DNA from: Eledone cirrhosa
Lineage: Eukaryota
DNA: 64,000 bases
Reading direction: 5' to 3'
Assembly (NCBI GenBank): GCA_964016885.1
Contig: OZ024750.1
Span: 6,200,001-6,264,000 of the forward strand
This document shows positions 40,906 to 53,843 of this stretch, one piece after another (the first letter of the stretch is position 1; every line of letters starts with the position of its first letter). The notes below the pieces were generated by a model. The model ran no database searches. It was given only the letters and a program-made list of their open reading frames with translations, and was not told the DNA's origin. The position numbers were made by a program, and so were the translations under genes.

Positions 40906-41139
40906 TCGGTACAGCTATATAATTGAGCAGATGTTTTTCTTTTCGGTATTTAAACTGTCTGGTTTATTTGTTATTTATTTTAATGGGGGTGATGCTCTTC
41001 TCACAAAGTTCCAGACATTATTATCTCAGAAGACTTTCATTAGCTGGAGTCATTGTATTCATATTTGAGGTTAACATATTTGAATGAGACAATGGTTTAT
41101 TCAAAACAATGCAGAATGAGGTTTCCGCCCAATTTGTAG

Positions 41140-41272
41140 AAGGGTTAAGAAGTTCGCTCCGCAGTCCTTAGGTCGCAGGTTTGATCCACTACGTAGCAAC
41201 TTGAGCAAATGTCATATAACATAGCCCTGAGTGGACCTATCCCTTGCGAGTTAAATCTGTTCGAAGCCTGTC
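41140..41272 (+). mobile_element. Old tRNA-derived SINE (third family)
   Basis: GGTTAAGAAG...GGTTTGATCC...CTTGAGCAAATGTC...ATAGCCC pattern. Confidence 0.5.
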
Positions 41273-41289
41273 AAACAAAATGTTTACAA

Positions 41290-41672
41290 TATTTGCTCAG
41301 GCACTTTAAGTTCTGAGTTTAACTCTGCCTTTCATCGAGGTTAACTTTGTCTTTCATGTTTCTGAGATCGATAAAAGAAAGGACCAGTCAAGTATTGGGT
41401 TTGATATATTTTCTCCTCCCCAAATTTGCTGCCCTTCTGCCTAAATTAGAAACCATTATTTCGGCAGTATCGGTAGAGGGTTGGACGCCATGCTTTTTAG
41501 TATAGTTACGTCCCTTTACAGTTTGAGTTCAAATCCCGCCGAGGTTAACTTTGCCTTTCATCCTTACGGGGGTCGATAAAATAAAGTACCAGTAATGCAC
41601 TGGGGTCGATTTAATTGACTTTCCCCTCCCCCCAAAAATTGCTGGCCTTGTGTCTATATAAGAAACAATTAT
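41290..41672 (+). mobile_element. Two tandem Meta-domain SINEs (old 41290-41460, younger 41462-41672)
   Basis: Two consecutive matches to the consensus. Confidence 0.85.
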
Positions 41673-41969
41673 TATGTATAAACCTATATAAAACCTATAT
41701 AAAACCTATATAAAACCTATATAAAACATATGAAACCAAGATGTCACTGAATTCTCTTTTCCTTCAGATTCTGGTAAACTAAAAATCAATGAAAATTATT
41801 AAAACGTCATATAATATGCACAGACATCACAAGGGAATCGATTATGTGTAAATAATATGAATATATATTGCAGCCACACGTGCACACACACACACACACA
41901 CTCACTCGCGTATACATAAACTCATGAACACAAGCACACGTATATACATTGCAGTACATTTATACATTG

Positions 41970-42011
<42 letters not shown>

Positions 42012-42103
42012 CACGAGTGAATTAGAACATAATGGCGACTGAAAACTTTGAAGATCGTATTAGAAGCTTTCACCATATATTGACTACAGTCAAATATTAT
42101 GGC

Positions 42104-42144
<41 letters not shown>

Positions 42145-43311
42145 TCTAATATTTGAATGTATAATATATATGTATATATTATATCATACTGAATATATAT
42201 ATATTCACTATGATATAATAAATACATATATATTATACAGAAACATTAATACAATTATATGTATATGTGTGTACGTGAGAGTGTGTGTGTCTGCTTATAC
42301 AAAGCATTACAAAGTATAATGCTAAAGAGATAAACTGTTTTGCGCATCGTGGACTATTGGTATCATTTCTAATGTTATTTCTTTAATTCATTGAGCCGAA
42401 AATGTGTTGTTTGTGGATGGTTTTTGTTCGTTCGTTTTTCGTTTCGTTTTGTTTTGTCTGTCACTCCCCCCGTGTACCGTCTGGTTTGTCTGTGATGACG
42501 AGCTCGTGTATAAACTGAATACATATAGAAATGGCGACTTGTCTGAATGTAACGTTTGAATAATAATAAAAAAAAAAAAATAGGTGACAATCCACGTGTG
42601 CTTTGTGTGGAGGATGGAGAGCTAAAAAGATGGAGTTTTTAGAAGTAGAAGATTACGTGTGTTGCTTAGTGCAGTTTTAAAAGAATCAAAGAAGTTATAG
42701 GTGACAAAAGAACAAAAAAAAAAAAAGCTGAAATGGCGAGTGTGAAAATGTTTTTATGTTCTTTTTTTTTTAATTATTTGTTGGTTTCTTTCTTTGTTTC
42801 TTTGTTTATTTATTTATATTGTAACCCTTTTTTTTTTTTATAACATAATGAATAAATCTGGAACATTGTGCAACTCTCGCAGCAGACGTATTAGAACACG
42901 TTTTGTTGAACATTTAGAAAACGAAATTTTGAATGTATGTATAATGGTGGTAGGCTGTTAATAGGATGTTGGTGAGGGGGTATATGACCTGATATCACTC
43001 ATAAAGAAATAAAATGTTAATAAGACAAGGTGCCAGGTAGACAGATATTATTGTGGATATCTTCTGGAGCAACAAATCTTTAAAAGATTTTTTTAGACGT
43101 TTATCTTTTTATGTATTCTTTAAGTTAAAATATTTAGTCGTCGCCACATTAATTAAACGGAGTAGAAAGGAATAAAACACCCCAAAAGCAAGCATTATGA
43201 AATAAGGCAGCTGGCATATAATGCACGTGTTCATGACGTCATCATATCAGACATTCTATAACGAAAGAACGTTTCACTTTATCAATCTGTAAGTTCTACT
43301 ATGGACATGAA

Positions 43312-43524
43312 TAATTGTTTCTGATTTAGGGCACAAGGCTAACAATATTTAGGGGAGAGGAAGTCGATTTAATCGACCCCTAGTGCATTACAGGTACTTT
43401 ATTTTATCGACCTCATAAGACAAAGCTAACCTCGGTAAGATTTGAACTCAGAACGTAAATGGCCGTAACTCTATGACGCAAAGCATGTTGTCCAGCGTTC
43501 TATAGATACTGCCAATCCACCGCC
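43312..43524 (-). mobile_element. Meta-domain SINE with 19-bp TSD
   Basis: TACTATGGACATGAATAAT on both sides. Confidence 0.9.
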
Positions 43525-43551
43525 TTACTATGGACATGAATAATGAAAGCT

Positions 43552-43630
43552 CCGACGAGCTTTTGATTTCAGAGTCGGGCCAGATCGATACAGATCGAAC
43601 CTTGAGCTGATCAATAGTGAAGCGCACTTC
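43552..43630 (+). ncRNA. Degenerate family B extended-stem-II hammerhead
   Basis: CCGACGA-60-nt homologous hairpin-GAAG; core mutated. Confidence 0.55.
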
Positions 43631-43667
43631 ACCAATCTATAAACGTAATGAAGGCTTAAAAAATAGG

Positions 43668-43842
43668 GGCGGTGGATTGGCAGTATCGGTAGAGAGTCGG
43701 ACGCCATACTTAGACGCATAGAGTTACGGCTCTTGCCATTCTGAGTTCAAATCCTGCCGAGGTTAACTTTGCCTTTCATCCTTACGGGGTCGATAAAATA
43801 AAGTACCAGTAATGCACTGGTTAAAAAAGTAGAAACAATTAT

Positions 43843-43845
<3 letters not shown>
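43668..43845 (+). mobile_element. Meta-domain SINE
   Basis: Match to the consensus with 3' internal deletion. Confidence 0.9.
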
Positions 43846-43892
<47 letters not shown>

Positions 43893-43943
43893 ATACTTGG
43901 GGAGGGTCATATTTGCGTAATATTGCCAGAATTAATCGCTAAA

Positions 43944-43981
<38 letters not shown>

Positions 43982-43983
<2 letters not shown>

Positions 43984-44040
43984 ATGTAGAGATGGCTTCT
44001 ACCGGACTAGAACTGTTACATTCGAAGGAAATCATCAGGA
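43982..44040 (-). mobile_element. PLE-like family H fragment with degenerate hammerhead
   Basis: Minus strand CTGATGA-TTTC(CTTC)GAAT-GTAA-CAGTTCTAG-TC^CGGTAG; homologous to 53837-53895; in (TA)n. Confidence 0.55.
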
Positions 44041-44750
44041 TATATATATATAACGGTACACCAATCTTTGAAATGCTTATCGTTTACAAGTTAAGGTCAC
44101 GAGTATGCTGCACCGTTGATGGACCAACTGCAACTCTCCTCGTCGAAACCGATCGAGGCCCATTCCGTTCTTACATCTAAACATGCTTAATATCTCTATA
44201 AATGTTTACAACATTCTAGAACATGTACAACTACTGTCTGCGACTTCATACATTTATGCATGATTATACGTATCGTTTATTTTTCTGTCATATTGTCAAT
44301 GTTGAAGACTCCATTCGACATTTTGTTTTTTTTAGGCTTGTTTGTTTCACTCTTCTCAGCATGTCAATGCATACAGATCAATGGTAAATATCTTAAACAT
44401 CACAATCATCGTTATACAGATCAATAGTATATATCTTATCACTTACATTGATCGAGATCTATGGAAGAAGATATTTACGAAAATAATAGAAGATTGCAGA
44501 AAACATCTCCCATGAGAAGGATTCCTTCACTGAGATACGTTTCTCGTTATATCTTCGCCAACAACCACCACCACCACCGCCACCTCCACTCACCCCCCCC
44601 CCCTCTCTCTCTCTCGCTTTCCTCTTTTCTTTCTCAACCATGCAATAATGCAATATCCTGTTTCGTTCATTCGTTTCGCTTTTCGTTCTCTCTCCTTTTC
44701 GCATTCCTTTCATGGCATAATATATGTGTGAGTGTGAGTGTGTGTTATGT

Positions 44751-44788
<38 letters not shown>

Positions 44789-44822
44789 ACATAAACACAC
44801 ACTCACACTCACACACACACAC

Positions 44823-44869
<47 letters not shown>

Positions 44870-44895
44870 TGTGTGAGTGTGTGTGTGTATTTCTG

Positions 44896-44973
<78 letters not shown>

Positions 44974-45069
44974 GTATGTATATATATGTATACATATATT
45001 TATGCATGTATGTATATATATATGCATATATATATATGTAGATATATATATATATATAAAATACATATG

Positions 45070-45146
<77 letters not shown>

Positions 45147-45151
45147 GTATA

Positions 45152-45203
<52 letters not shown>

Positions 45204-45414
45204 TACATATATACACTGCTTACATTTTACCTCAAAGGAAAGATTTAGAACCCCATCTACGTGCTGACCTTTTTTCGGGTCAAAACCCCGAAATAGGCCT
45301 ACTATCTAGTAAGAAAGTAAGTTAAAAAAGTGAGACATGATAAATGAGCTCATTTGGCCCGTGGTAACGTATGTGAAATTTACCTAACGAGACAGAGAAT
45401 ACAAGTCACTAGAG

Positions 45415-45448
45415 TGTATATATACATAAATATATATTCATATACACA

Positions 45449-45493
<45 letters not shown>

Positions 45494-45694
45494 GTATACA
45501 CACACATATATATAATTACACATACAAATATATACATATATGTATATACATATATATATATAAATATATGTATATATATATATATACATATATATATATA
45601 AATATATGTATGTATATATATATATGTATATATATATATATACATATATATATATAAATATATGTATGTATATATATATGTATATATGTATGTA

Positions 45695-45726
<32 letters not shown>

Positions 45727-45924
45727 AATATATGTATGTATATATATATGTATATATATTTACATATATATATATAAATATATGTATGTATATATATGTA
45801 TATATATTTACATATATATATATAAATATATGTATGTATATATATATGTATATATATTTACATATATATATATATAAATATGTATATGTATATATATATA
45901 TACACATATATATATATATATATA

Positions 45925-45958
<34 letters not shown>

Positions 45959-46050
45959 TATAAATATATATGTATGTGTACATATATACATACATATGTA
46001 TATATATATATATTTGTATATATATATGTATGTATATATATATATGCATG
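45415..46050. repeat. Long degenerate (TA)n/(TATG)n array
   Basis: Direct inspection. Confidence 0.95.
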
Positions 46051-46869
46051 TGGTGTGTGTGGACGTATATATGTGTATTTATCTGTGTGTTTGGCGTTGG
46101 ACATCCACTAAGAACAAAAATAAAGGCTGGATGGAATAGATGTAATTCCTGTGGCTCTACAAGAAAAGAGAAACTTTTATCTAAACCGATAAATATGTAA
46201 GTCTGGAGTGATGCAGTTCGTAGATGGAATGAAAAGAAGGGTGTGTGTGTGTGTGTGTATATGTATATATATATATAGAGTGAGAGAGAGAGGGAGAGGG
46301 AGAGAGAGAAAGAGAGAGAGATAGGGAAGGGAGAAGTGGAGAAGGGACTCGCACACACAGCATGATTGATGAAAGCAATCAGGAACAATCACAAGATAAT
46401 ACTGTGATACTTTGACAAATATGGAGTTTTTATCTGTTATTCCAAGTTATCGTCTGCTATTTTTTTCTGGGGGGGGGGGGGCGTTTATTAAACATGGAAA
46501 TGATTCAAGACTGCCAGAAAGAATAAATCTATTTGGTCTGGAATTGAAAATGTAAACAAATAGTTATTTTATTTTTAGTTGGTTTAGGCAGTTGACATAT
46601 TGTTTTATTCGAATCAAGGAGAATGAGATGAATGTATTTTATAATTTAGTTTAGTACTCAAAGTTAACTCGGTTTTGAACAGTCGCCTTCGATAAAGAAC
46701 AGATTCCCATCCTTCATTCTATATCTTATATAGTGAGACAAAGAGGCTCTAGTAAAGACACAACTTTCTACACTCAGTCGAATCACTGTACAACAGAGCT
46801 TCTAGTCAGCGACTGTCCCTGTGGTACAGCCATCTTAAAACCGTTGAACACTGTGTGTGTCTCTCTCTC

Positions 46870-47065
46870 TATCTCAGCCCGACAGAATCCCTCTCCACTT
46901 GGCTCCTGGAATGTCTGGCCCTTCTGGTGCTGCCTGAATCACCTCCGAACAGTTGTTGGTCACTATAGAGCCAACCATCACAAATGGGGATATGCCCCAG
47001 ATGATACTTCCAACTGACAGTGTGGGCAATTACAAACTATAGGGCACCTTTTAGTATGCCTTAAT
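46870..47065 (+). mobile_element. Non-LTR retrotransposon C-terminal fragment with CCHC-like knuckle
   Basis: WCCLNHLRTVVGHYRANHHKWGY...*QCGQLQTIGHLLVC resembles LNRLRTGxGxxxxNxxKWG...CxCGxxQTxxHLLxC. Confidence 0.6.
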
Positions 47066-47378
47066 CTTCAAGATTCATGCATTCTTAATATTCTTGAAAA
47101 CTGAACACCCCAGGCATGCTTTTGTGCACAATACTGGATGGGTGTGGTGTAGCGACTTGATAAGAAGATATAGTAAGAGGTTTGAAAATGCTACTCAGGA
47201 GCTGTTTCAGTGTGCACCATTAACTAGTTAGGTTTATTCTTCATTTCAACTCGGTTAGGTCATAAAACTTCTAAATCAGGTTGAGCAAAAATATTCATCA
47301 ACTTAAAAACATTAAATTATCTATCTCACACTCTCATTCTCACTCTGTCTCCGTATATATATATATATATATATATAT

Positions 47379-47426
47379 AACTGCAAAAGGTTTTTGTATT
47401 TACATAACCATAAATAGTATAATTAA

Positions 47427-47468
<42 letters not shown>

Positions 47469-47516
47469 TTAATTATACTATTTATGGTTATGTAAATACA
47501 AAAACCTTTTGCAGTT
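47379..47516. repeat. Perfect 52-bp inverted repeat with (TA)n spacer
   Basis: 47379-47430 is the exact reverse complement of 47465-47516. Confidence 0.95.
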
Positions 47517-47720
47517 ATATATATTTTTATACAAACCCTAAATAGTGGTAGGCAGTAATATACTACTACCTTATTACCAGTAAGTTAAGTAGCTCAATGT
47601 AAAAACATCAGATGATTTACAGAGCAGTTATATGAAGTATAAGAATCAAAGAACTGCATATGTATCTGTATGTCTCTTGGGCGAAAAGGAGGTCATATAG
47701 GTGTTCATTCATTAATAAAT

Positions 47721-47767
47721 TGCTCCGAAGAATCCAAACCTCGGTTTGGAGGAAACAGTTGTAAGCA
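47721..47767 (+). ncRNA. Type I hammerhead (U4C-mutated core) in fold-back element 47629-47810 (family D)
   Basis: TGCT-CCGAAGA-A-TCCAAACC(TC)GGTTTGGA-G-GAAA-CAGTTG-TA^AGCA; flanking inverted arms AAGTATAAGAATCAAAGAACTG / CAGTTCTTTGATTCTTATACTT. Confidence 0.65.
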
Positions 47768-47894
47768 TAACAATGTTTTGAACAGTTCTTTGATTCTTAT
47801 ACTTTATATATATATATACACAATTATCCCTTGATAACTTGAACCGTTAAGGTATATCATCCTTGGTCATGTCAAATATTTATAAAACATTTTG

Positions 47895-47956
47895 TATTTT
47901 ATCTGATGATAGCGTACCAAAATTTTTGGAACCCTTGAAATATATATAATGGAATA
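47895..47956 (+). ncRNA. Type I minimal hammerhead ribozyme (family F)
   Basis: Stem I TATTTTAT/ATGGAATA (8 bp with G-U), CTGATGA, imperfect stem II with CCAAA/TTTGG, GAAA, palindromic ATATATAT, predicted cleavage after 47948. Confidence 0.65.
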
Positions 47957-48083
47957 AATATGGTTTTATAAATATAGTTTCCATTTATTTAATATCAATT
48001 GAATACTTACTCCAGAAAGCTGTCCAGTGCTTTGAATCAGTTGTAAACATGTATTGTTGGATTTCCAACAAATTAAATATCTC

Positions 48084-48144
<61 letters not shown>

Positions 48145-48265
48145 TGGTTACACAACAGTTAGTTTACCATACCGAGAACAATTGTTTCACCTTAGCGTCT
48201 TTTACCTAACTCGTCCCATGGACTGAGTGCTCTACCACTACGGATATTACCTTCCAGTGTTCTAC

Positions 48266-48309
<44 letters not shown>

Positions 48310-49429
48310 ATTAGTTAACTTCTTTCCAATTATAATCACCATATAGGCGGAGTAAATGAGTAAATAAAAGACATTGAGTCAAGACTTTCTCATATAAAAT
48401 GCTATACAAAGAAATACGTCTAAGTACCGGATTAAATGTTTCCAATTATACATTGTTTAATGTCTTCAAAGGGAAATTAAATGCATTAATTACAACACAA
48501 TTATCTAGTTAATATTTTTATTTACTGCCAAATAATTTAATTCAATCTTGATTTTTAAATTTCTTTCATCCGATATTTTAAAACAGACAATCAACATTAA
48601 TAGCAGCGACATTGTTGAGTAGATCATAGGTGTTTAAGTGAGAGATTTGGCGTTAAAGTTAACCTTTAGTAAAGTTCCTTTAATATCGGTGACTCGGTTA
48701 TCCTCGTTGTAGGCTGTCAATGCTCATTTTCGTGGAAATATTGCCTGTAGGATGCCTGGAATGGCCTGTTCCTTTATCAGCTTCTGTTGCACCATTCAGG
48801 ATGTATTTGAGCACCTAAGATAGAGATAGTTTTCAATTTATATATGAAGTATTCAGTCCGTGTGAACATTGGTCACGTAAAGACATGTTTTATGGTTCTT
48901 CACCATAATTTATAGCGTCATATGTCCGGATTATTTTTTCCTGCTGATTTATTTAAGATATTAGCTGTTCGAAGTCTAAGGCTACTTTATATTCTTCTTC
49001 TTCGATCTTCTTCTCTACCTTCTTATCCTCCTCTTTCTTCTTCTTACAATGATTGTGCCGAAGACTAGGTTTATGTACTTGCTTGTAAAATGTTTCTGGG
49101 ATAACATTTCAATTTTGATTCTCTTTAAATCAAGTTTTCCTTGACAATAAAAAATAATTTTTTTTATCCTGTCTCTGTTGGAGTCTAAAGAAGACATTAC
49201 AAATGAGTGGTGTCCAATCATCTCATCCTGACAATTTCTAATAGGATCTAATATTTCGGCATGTATTTATCAGATTACACAACATGAAAATCTATTATTG
49301 GTTTTTAGAAAATGCTCCAGGCTTATAGTAGATTTTTTTCAAACAAAGTACATGAACATTTTAAATAATTTTATTTTTGGCTTCCCACCAAGAAAATCAG
49401 GTGGAAGTGCTGGAATAACCGACTAAATC

Positions 49430-49570
49430 TTCTTCTACTTCTTCTTCTTGGTTAAATAGTGAGTCATGTTACTACACAGTTTCACCAGCATTCACACAGT
49501 GTCATGAGACAAGACTTGTCTGATGACCTTTTGTGTGGACAGGTGAAACTCCCCAGTAACAAGACTCAAC
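49430..49570 (-). mobile_element. RTE-like LINE 3' end fragment with (GAA)n tail
   Basis: CTT-repeat tail followed by sequence resembling the RTE fragment at 59275-59545. Confidence 0.4.
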
Positions 49571-49700
49571 CACAGACCCTCCATCTCAACTCTACTTTTG
49601 AAAAGCAGAAGAACTGCGAAACCGGTAAAGGAACCAAATAAATATATATATATTTTAAAAAATAAGACTCCAGTTGCATTTTCGATTTCATTTTTTTTCT
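49570..49700 (+). mobile_element. PLE-like family E fragment with U3-A8 hammerhead (49595-49630)
   Basis: CTT-TTGAAAA-GCAG(AAGAA)CTGC-GAAA-CCGG-TA^AAG, palindromic ACCGGT; AATAAA downstream; ends in (TA)n. Confidence 0.75.
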
Positions 49701-49701
49701 T

Positions 49702-49759
<58 letters not shown>

Positions 49760-49761
49760 GG

Positions 49762-50040
49762 GCGGGTAAAATTCCCGAGATCCATGGACGAGTTCTCTCC
49801 AGCAGTCTCTGTCACGGATCGTCGCTGCCATGTCCTGCGTCTCCAAGAGACCAGTGTCTGTCCTTAGGGCATCAACATATCTTAACCTCGGTCTTCCTCT
49901 TCCAATGTGTCCCTGCAGGGGCTCCCACATGAGAACTGAGTGCAGTGTCAACTCTGGATGTCGGTGAGCATGTCCAGCTAATCTCAGTCGCCTCAGGGAT
50001 ACTCCCGAACTGACTTTTGAGAGGCTCCCGTACAGCTCTG

Positions 50041-50043
<3 letters not shown>
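49762..50043 (-). mobile_element. RTE-clade LINE C-terminal fragment
   Basis: RRLRLAGHAHRH...LMWEP..GRGRPRLRYVDAL...DRDCWRELV is the typical RTE ORF end. Confidence 0.85.
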
Positions 50044-50075
<32 letters not shown>

Positions 50076-50078
<3 letters not shown>

Positions 50079-50290
50079 AAGGAATTGTGGTAAGGAACCA
50101 AATGGACCATAACGCACCAGAGTACTCAATACTTAAGGTAGCAGAGTGGCAAATAGGAAAAAGTATGACCCTGACGGCAGAGCTCAAGTCGTTTCGACGG
50201 GTATTTCAGGACTATTTCAGGACGGCTATTTGCGTCCTGAAATAGCCGTCGAAACGGCTTGAGCTCTGCCGTCAGGGTCATACTTTTTCC
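50076..50290 (-). mobile_element. PLE-like family A fold-back copy in (TA)n
   Basis: Tail plus inverted arms; small duplications at the centre (CTATTTCAGGAC). Confidence 0.8.
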
Positions 50291-50299
50291 TATATATAT

Positions 50300-50354
<55 letters not shown>

Positions 50355-51049
50355 CATACGTGATGGCTGCAAATTCTGCTAAGAGTATTGCAACCGCTTC
50401 CCAGATTACAGTAAATCGTGCACTTTTAGGCTACGGCCAGCCACATGAACCTGTAACATATCCTGAACAAGTAATGCCTGTGCTTTGAGGCATCCAAATA
50501 TCAATAAATTCACAGTCTAAACTCTTTATAAATGAGAAATATATGTGATACAAAACAGCCTGTGATATAAAGCGAAGTCAGGACAGGAAGATTTGGAACG
50601 TGTGTGCTGAATTTGGCATCATCTATATTTAAACGACAAATTTCTAAGTGTTGAATCAACGAGGAAACATATTCGTCAGTGATTCACGACTCTTCCAATT
50701 TTTTAACCCCATTCCCCGAGTATTTTGTCATTTACCTACTTAATCCCATACAAAAATATAGAATTACTAATCCCTATAAATAACAGTGGATGCCACTCCT
50801 AAAATGCTCTCTTTAAGATATGTTAGCGTTAAAAACCTGACAATGAATACCAACACGATTACAATTTTCTCTCGCTTAAAAATATATTAATTTTTCTGCT
50901 CGATTGCACAGCAATCTTCTGAAATTCTCGTTTGATTCAAATCATTCTATTTTATACTTTAACTATTGTGATAGAATCAAATGAAGTAAAAGAAAATTCT
51001 TAAGGTCATGAGGTAATTGGTTATTTAGCTGGTGGGCATTCTACAAAAT

Positions 51050-51237
51050 GATTGTTTCTACTTTTGGCACAAGACCGGCAATTATCCCAGTGTATTACTG
51101 GTACTTTATTTTATCGACCCCGTAAGGATGAAAGGCAAAGTTAACCTCAACGGGATTTGAACTCAGAATGGCAAGGGCCGTAACTCTATGGTAGAAAACA
51201 TGGCGTCCAACCCTCTACCGATACTGCCAATTCACCG
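51050..51237 (-). mobile_element. Meta-domain SINE, short subfamily
   Basis: Full match to the consensus. Confidence 0.9.
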
Positions 51238-52232
51238 GCTTTAATAATGAAGACATTTGAAAATAAAACACTAGGTTTCAAGTACAAAGGATCTTTAAGA
51301 CAGACACTTTAAAACATTCCAGAGTAAATTATATCGTAAACGATTTCAGTGGACTGTGACGTAGATACACAATTTCCCACGCACATGTACGTGTAAACAT
51401 TATAAGGAGAGACATAAGGAGAATCTGTGTAAAATGTCGAGATATATAATACAAACTCTGCGACTAAAAAGTTGAACATTTTTGTTTGCAAATCTTGTTA
51501 CTGAACTTTACTTGTTTGCCACATGGACAGATATATATGAACTTTCATACGAATTTCTGTCGTTTATATTTTTCACAATTTAAAACTTAATCTTAGTCGT
51601 TTGCGGCACATCTAGTTACATGTCGCAGCGTATCTGTACACAGCAACACACGGTTTGGGAACGACTGTATTAATCTACATGAAACTAACTAAATTTGACA
51701 GTCCCTTTTCACTTGCACCACGAGGAAAAAAGACGTATAAAATGTGTTGAAAGTTTAGATATATCATACTTGAAGAGACACGTTCTGACGTTCTTCAAAT
51801 TTGAACTCAAAACTAATGAGTTTATGTTATTCATTTAAACAAAACACTTCTCTAAAGAAACATTAGCAGAACTAATACCATCGTATATATTATTAATCTG
51901 GAAAGGGTAATTGAAAGAACCAATAAAAACGATTAATTTTGACAAATTTAGTCCATTAGCAGAACAGTGAAAACATAAAGATTTAAGAGTTTCAGCGACA
52001 TTTTCTTTTCAATGTATTGTCGTTTCAGTTGGGTTTAACAATGGGAAGTTGTACAGCTCAATTTAATACAATTCAATCCAATTGAATTATTTTACCGGAA
52101 AATATTGAGATAAATATTGATGAAAAATTCCAAATCATCATCATTAGTTTTATGAAAATCATGATAGCTATTCTTATCATTATAGTCGACATAATTATTA
52201 ATAGCAGTAACAGAACCTACATCACCACCATT

Positions 52233-52610
52233 AGGATTGGCAGTATCGGTAGAGGGTCGGACGCCATGCTTTGACGCATAGAGTTACGGCCCTTGCCATT
52301 CTGAGTTCAAATCCCGCCGAGGTTAACTTTGCCTTTCATCCTTCCGGGGTCGATAAAATAAAGTACCAGTAATGCACTGGGTATTTGCTGGCCTTCTGCC
52401 AGAAGTAGAAACAATTATTACGGTGGATTGGCTGAATCGGTAGAGCGTCGCACGCCATGCTTTGACGCATAGAGGTACGACCCTTGCCATTCTGAGTTCA
52501 AATCCCGCCGAGGTTAACTTTGCCTTTCATCCTTATGGGGTCGATAAAATAAAGTACCAGTAATGTACTGGGTAATTGCTGGCCTTGTGCCAAAAGTAGA
52601 AACACTTATT
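52233..52610 (+). mobile_element. Head-to-tail dimer of short-subfamily Meta-domain SINEs
   Basis: Copies 52233-52419 and 52421-52610 abut. Confidence 0.9.
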
Positions 52611-53808
52611 ACAATACAAACCATTAACACCAATAACACAACTTCAACACTTCCAACTCAGCAACCACCATCCTCATTCTCAACATCTTCAACAACATCG
52701 TACGCAGCAGATAACAACAGCAGCAGCAGCAACAGCAGCAGCAGCAACAACAGCAGCAGCAACAGCAGCAGTAACTGATGGTGTTGCTATTGGTGCTGGC
52801 ACACATGATTCAAGTAACATTTCACTGTAAAATGTTTAGCGTTAACAAAAGTACACTCATTCGTGTGTATGCATATATAATCTTGAAAAAATATAGGCAT
52901 GCATTTACAGACACACACACACACATGCACACACACATACACATACACACACGTATGTATTTCTACATGTATACGCATATATAGATACATATATACATAT
53001 AGATATATTCACCTATGTATGCATGCATATATGTATGTATATATGTATGTGTATATGTATGTAAGTGCGTGTGTGTGCGTTTATGTCTGTGTATGTATAT
53101 ATATATATATATATTTATATATTTATACATGCATTAAATATATGTATATGTATATGCATATGTATATGCATATACATACATTGTATATATATATATACAT
53201 ATACATACATTATATATACACACATATACATACATTATATATACACACATATACATACGCTATATATATATACATTCAGTTCCAGTCCTGTATAAGCCAT
53301 TTTTATATTAAATATATTTATATATATACAAATACATATGTGCGTGTGTATTTGAGTGTACGTATGCGCACAAAAATACCCACCTAGCATGCCACCACAC
53401 ATTTTCCCTGCACCTCATTTTACTAATATGCTTTTACATATAATATACATACCTACATGTATAGATATATAAATGAATACATACATACCTACATGTATAG
53501 ATATATAAATGAATACGTACATATAGCGTATGTATGCATATGAGTCCTTATATATGTCTTACATATGATGGGATACAAGGTTTATAGTAAAGGAAGAAAA
53601 AACATTTAATTTAATAATTCCTTCATTATAACATTCTCTCCCCAGCTACTTGAAACCTCAAATCTCGTTGATTTCTCACGATCCTCCCTCCATTTCTCAC
53701 CGTATTCCATTGTACATTTATTTCTATATATAATTCATTTGCTGCTGTAAGATTATAAGCAATTTGCTGTAACAAAATTTATAATACGGTGTAGAGAAGA
53801 AAAATTGA

Positions 53809-53834
<26 letters not shown>

Positions 53835-53843
<9 letters not shown>

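Noticed and set aside
44459-46388. Many [12 protein letters not shown] ORFs here and throughout the track
   Set aside because: Dinucleotide microsatellite translations
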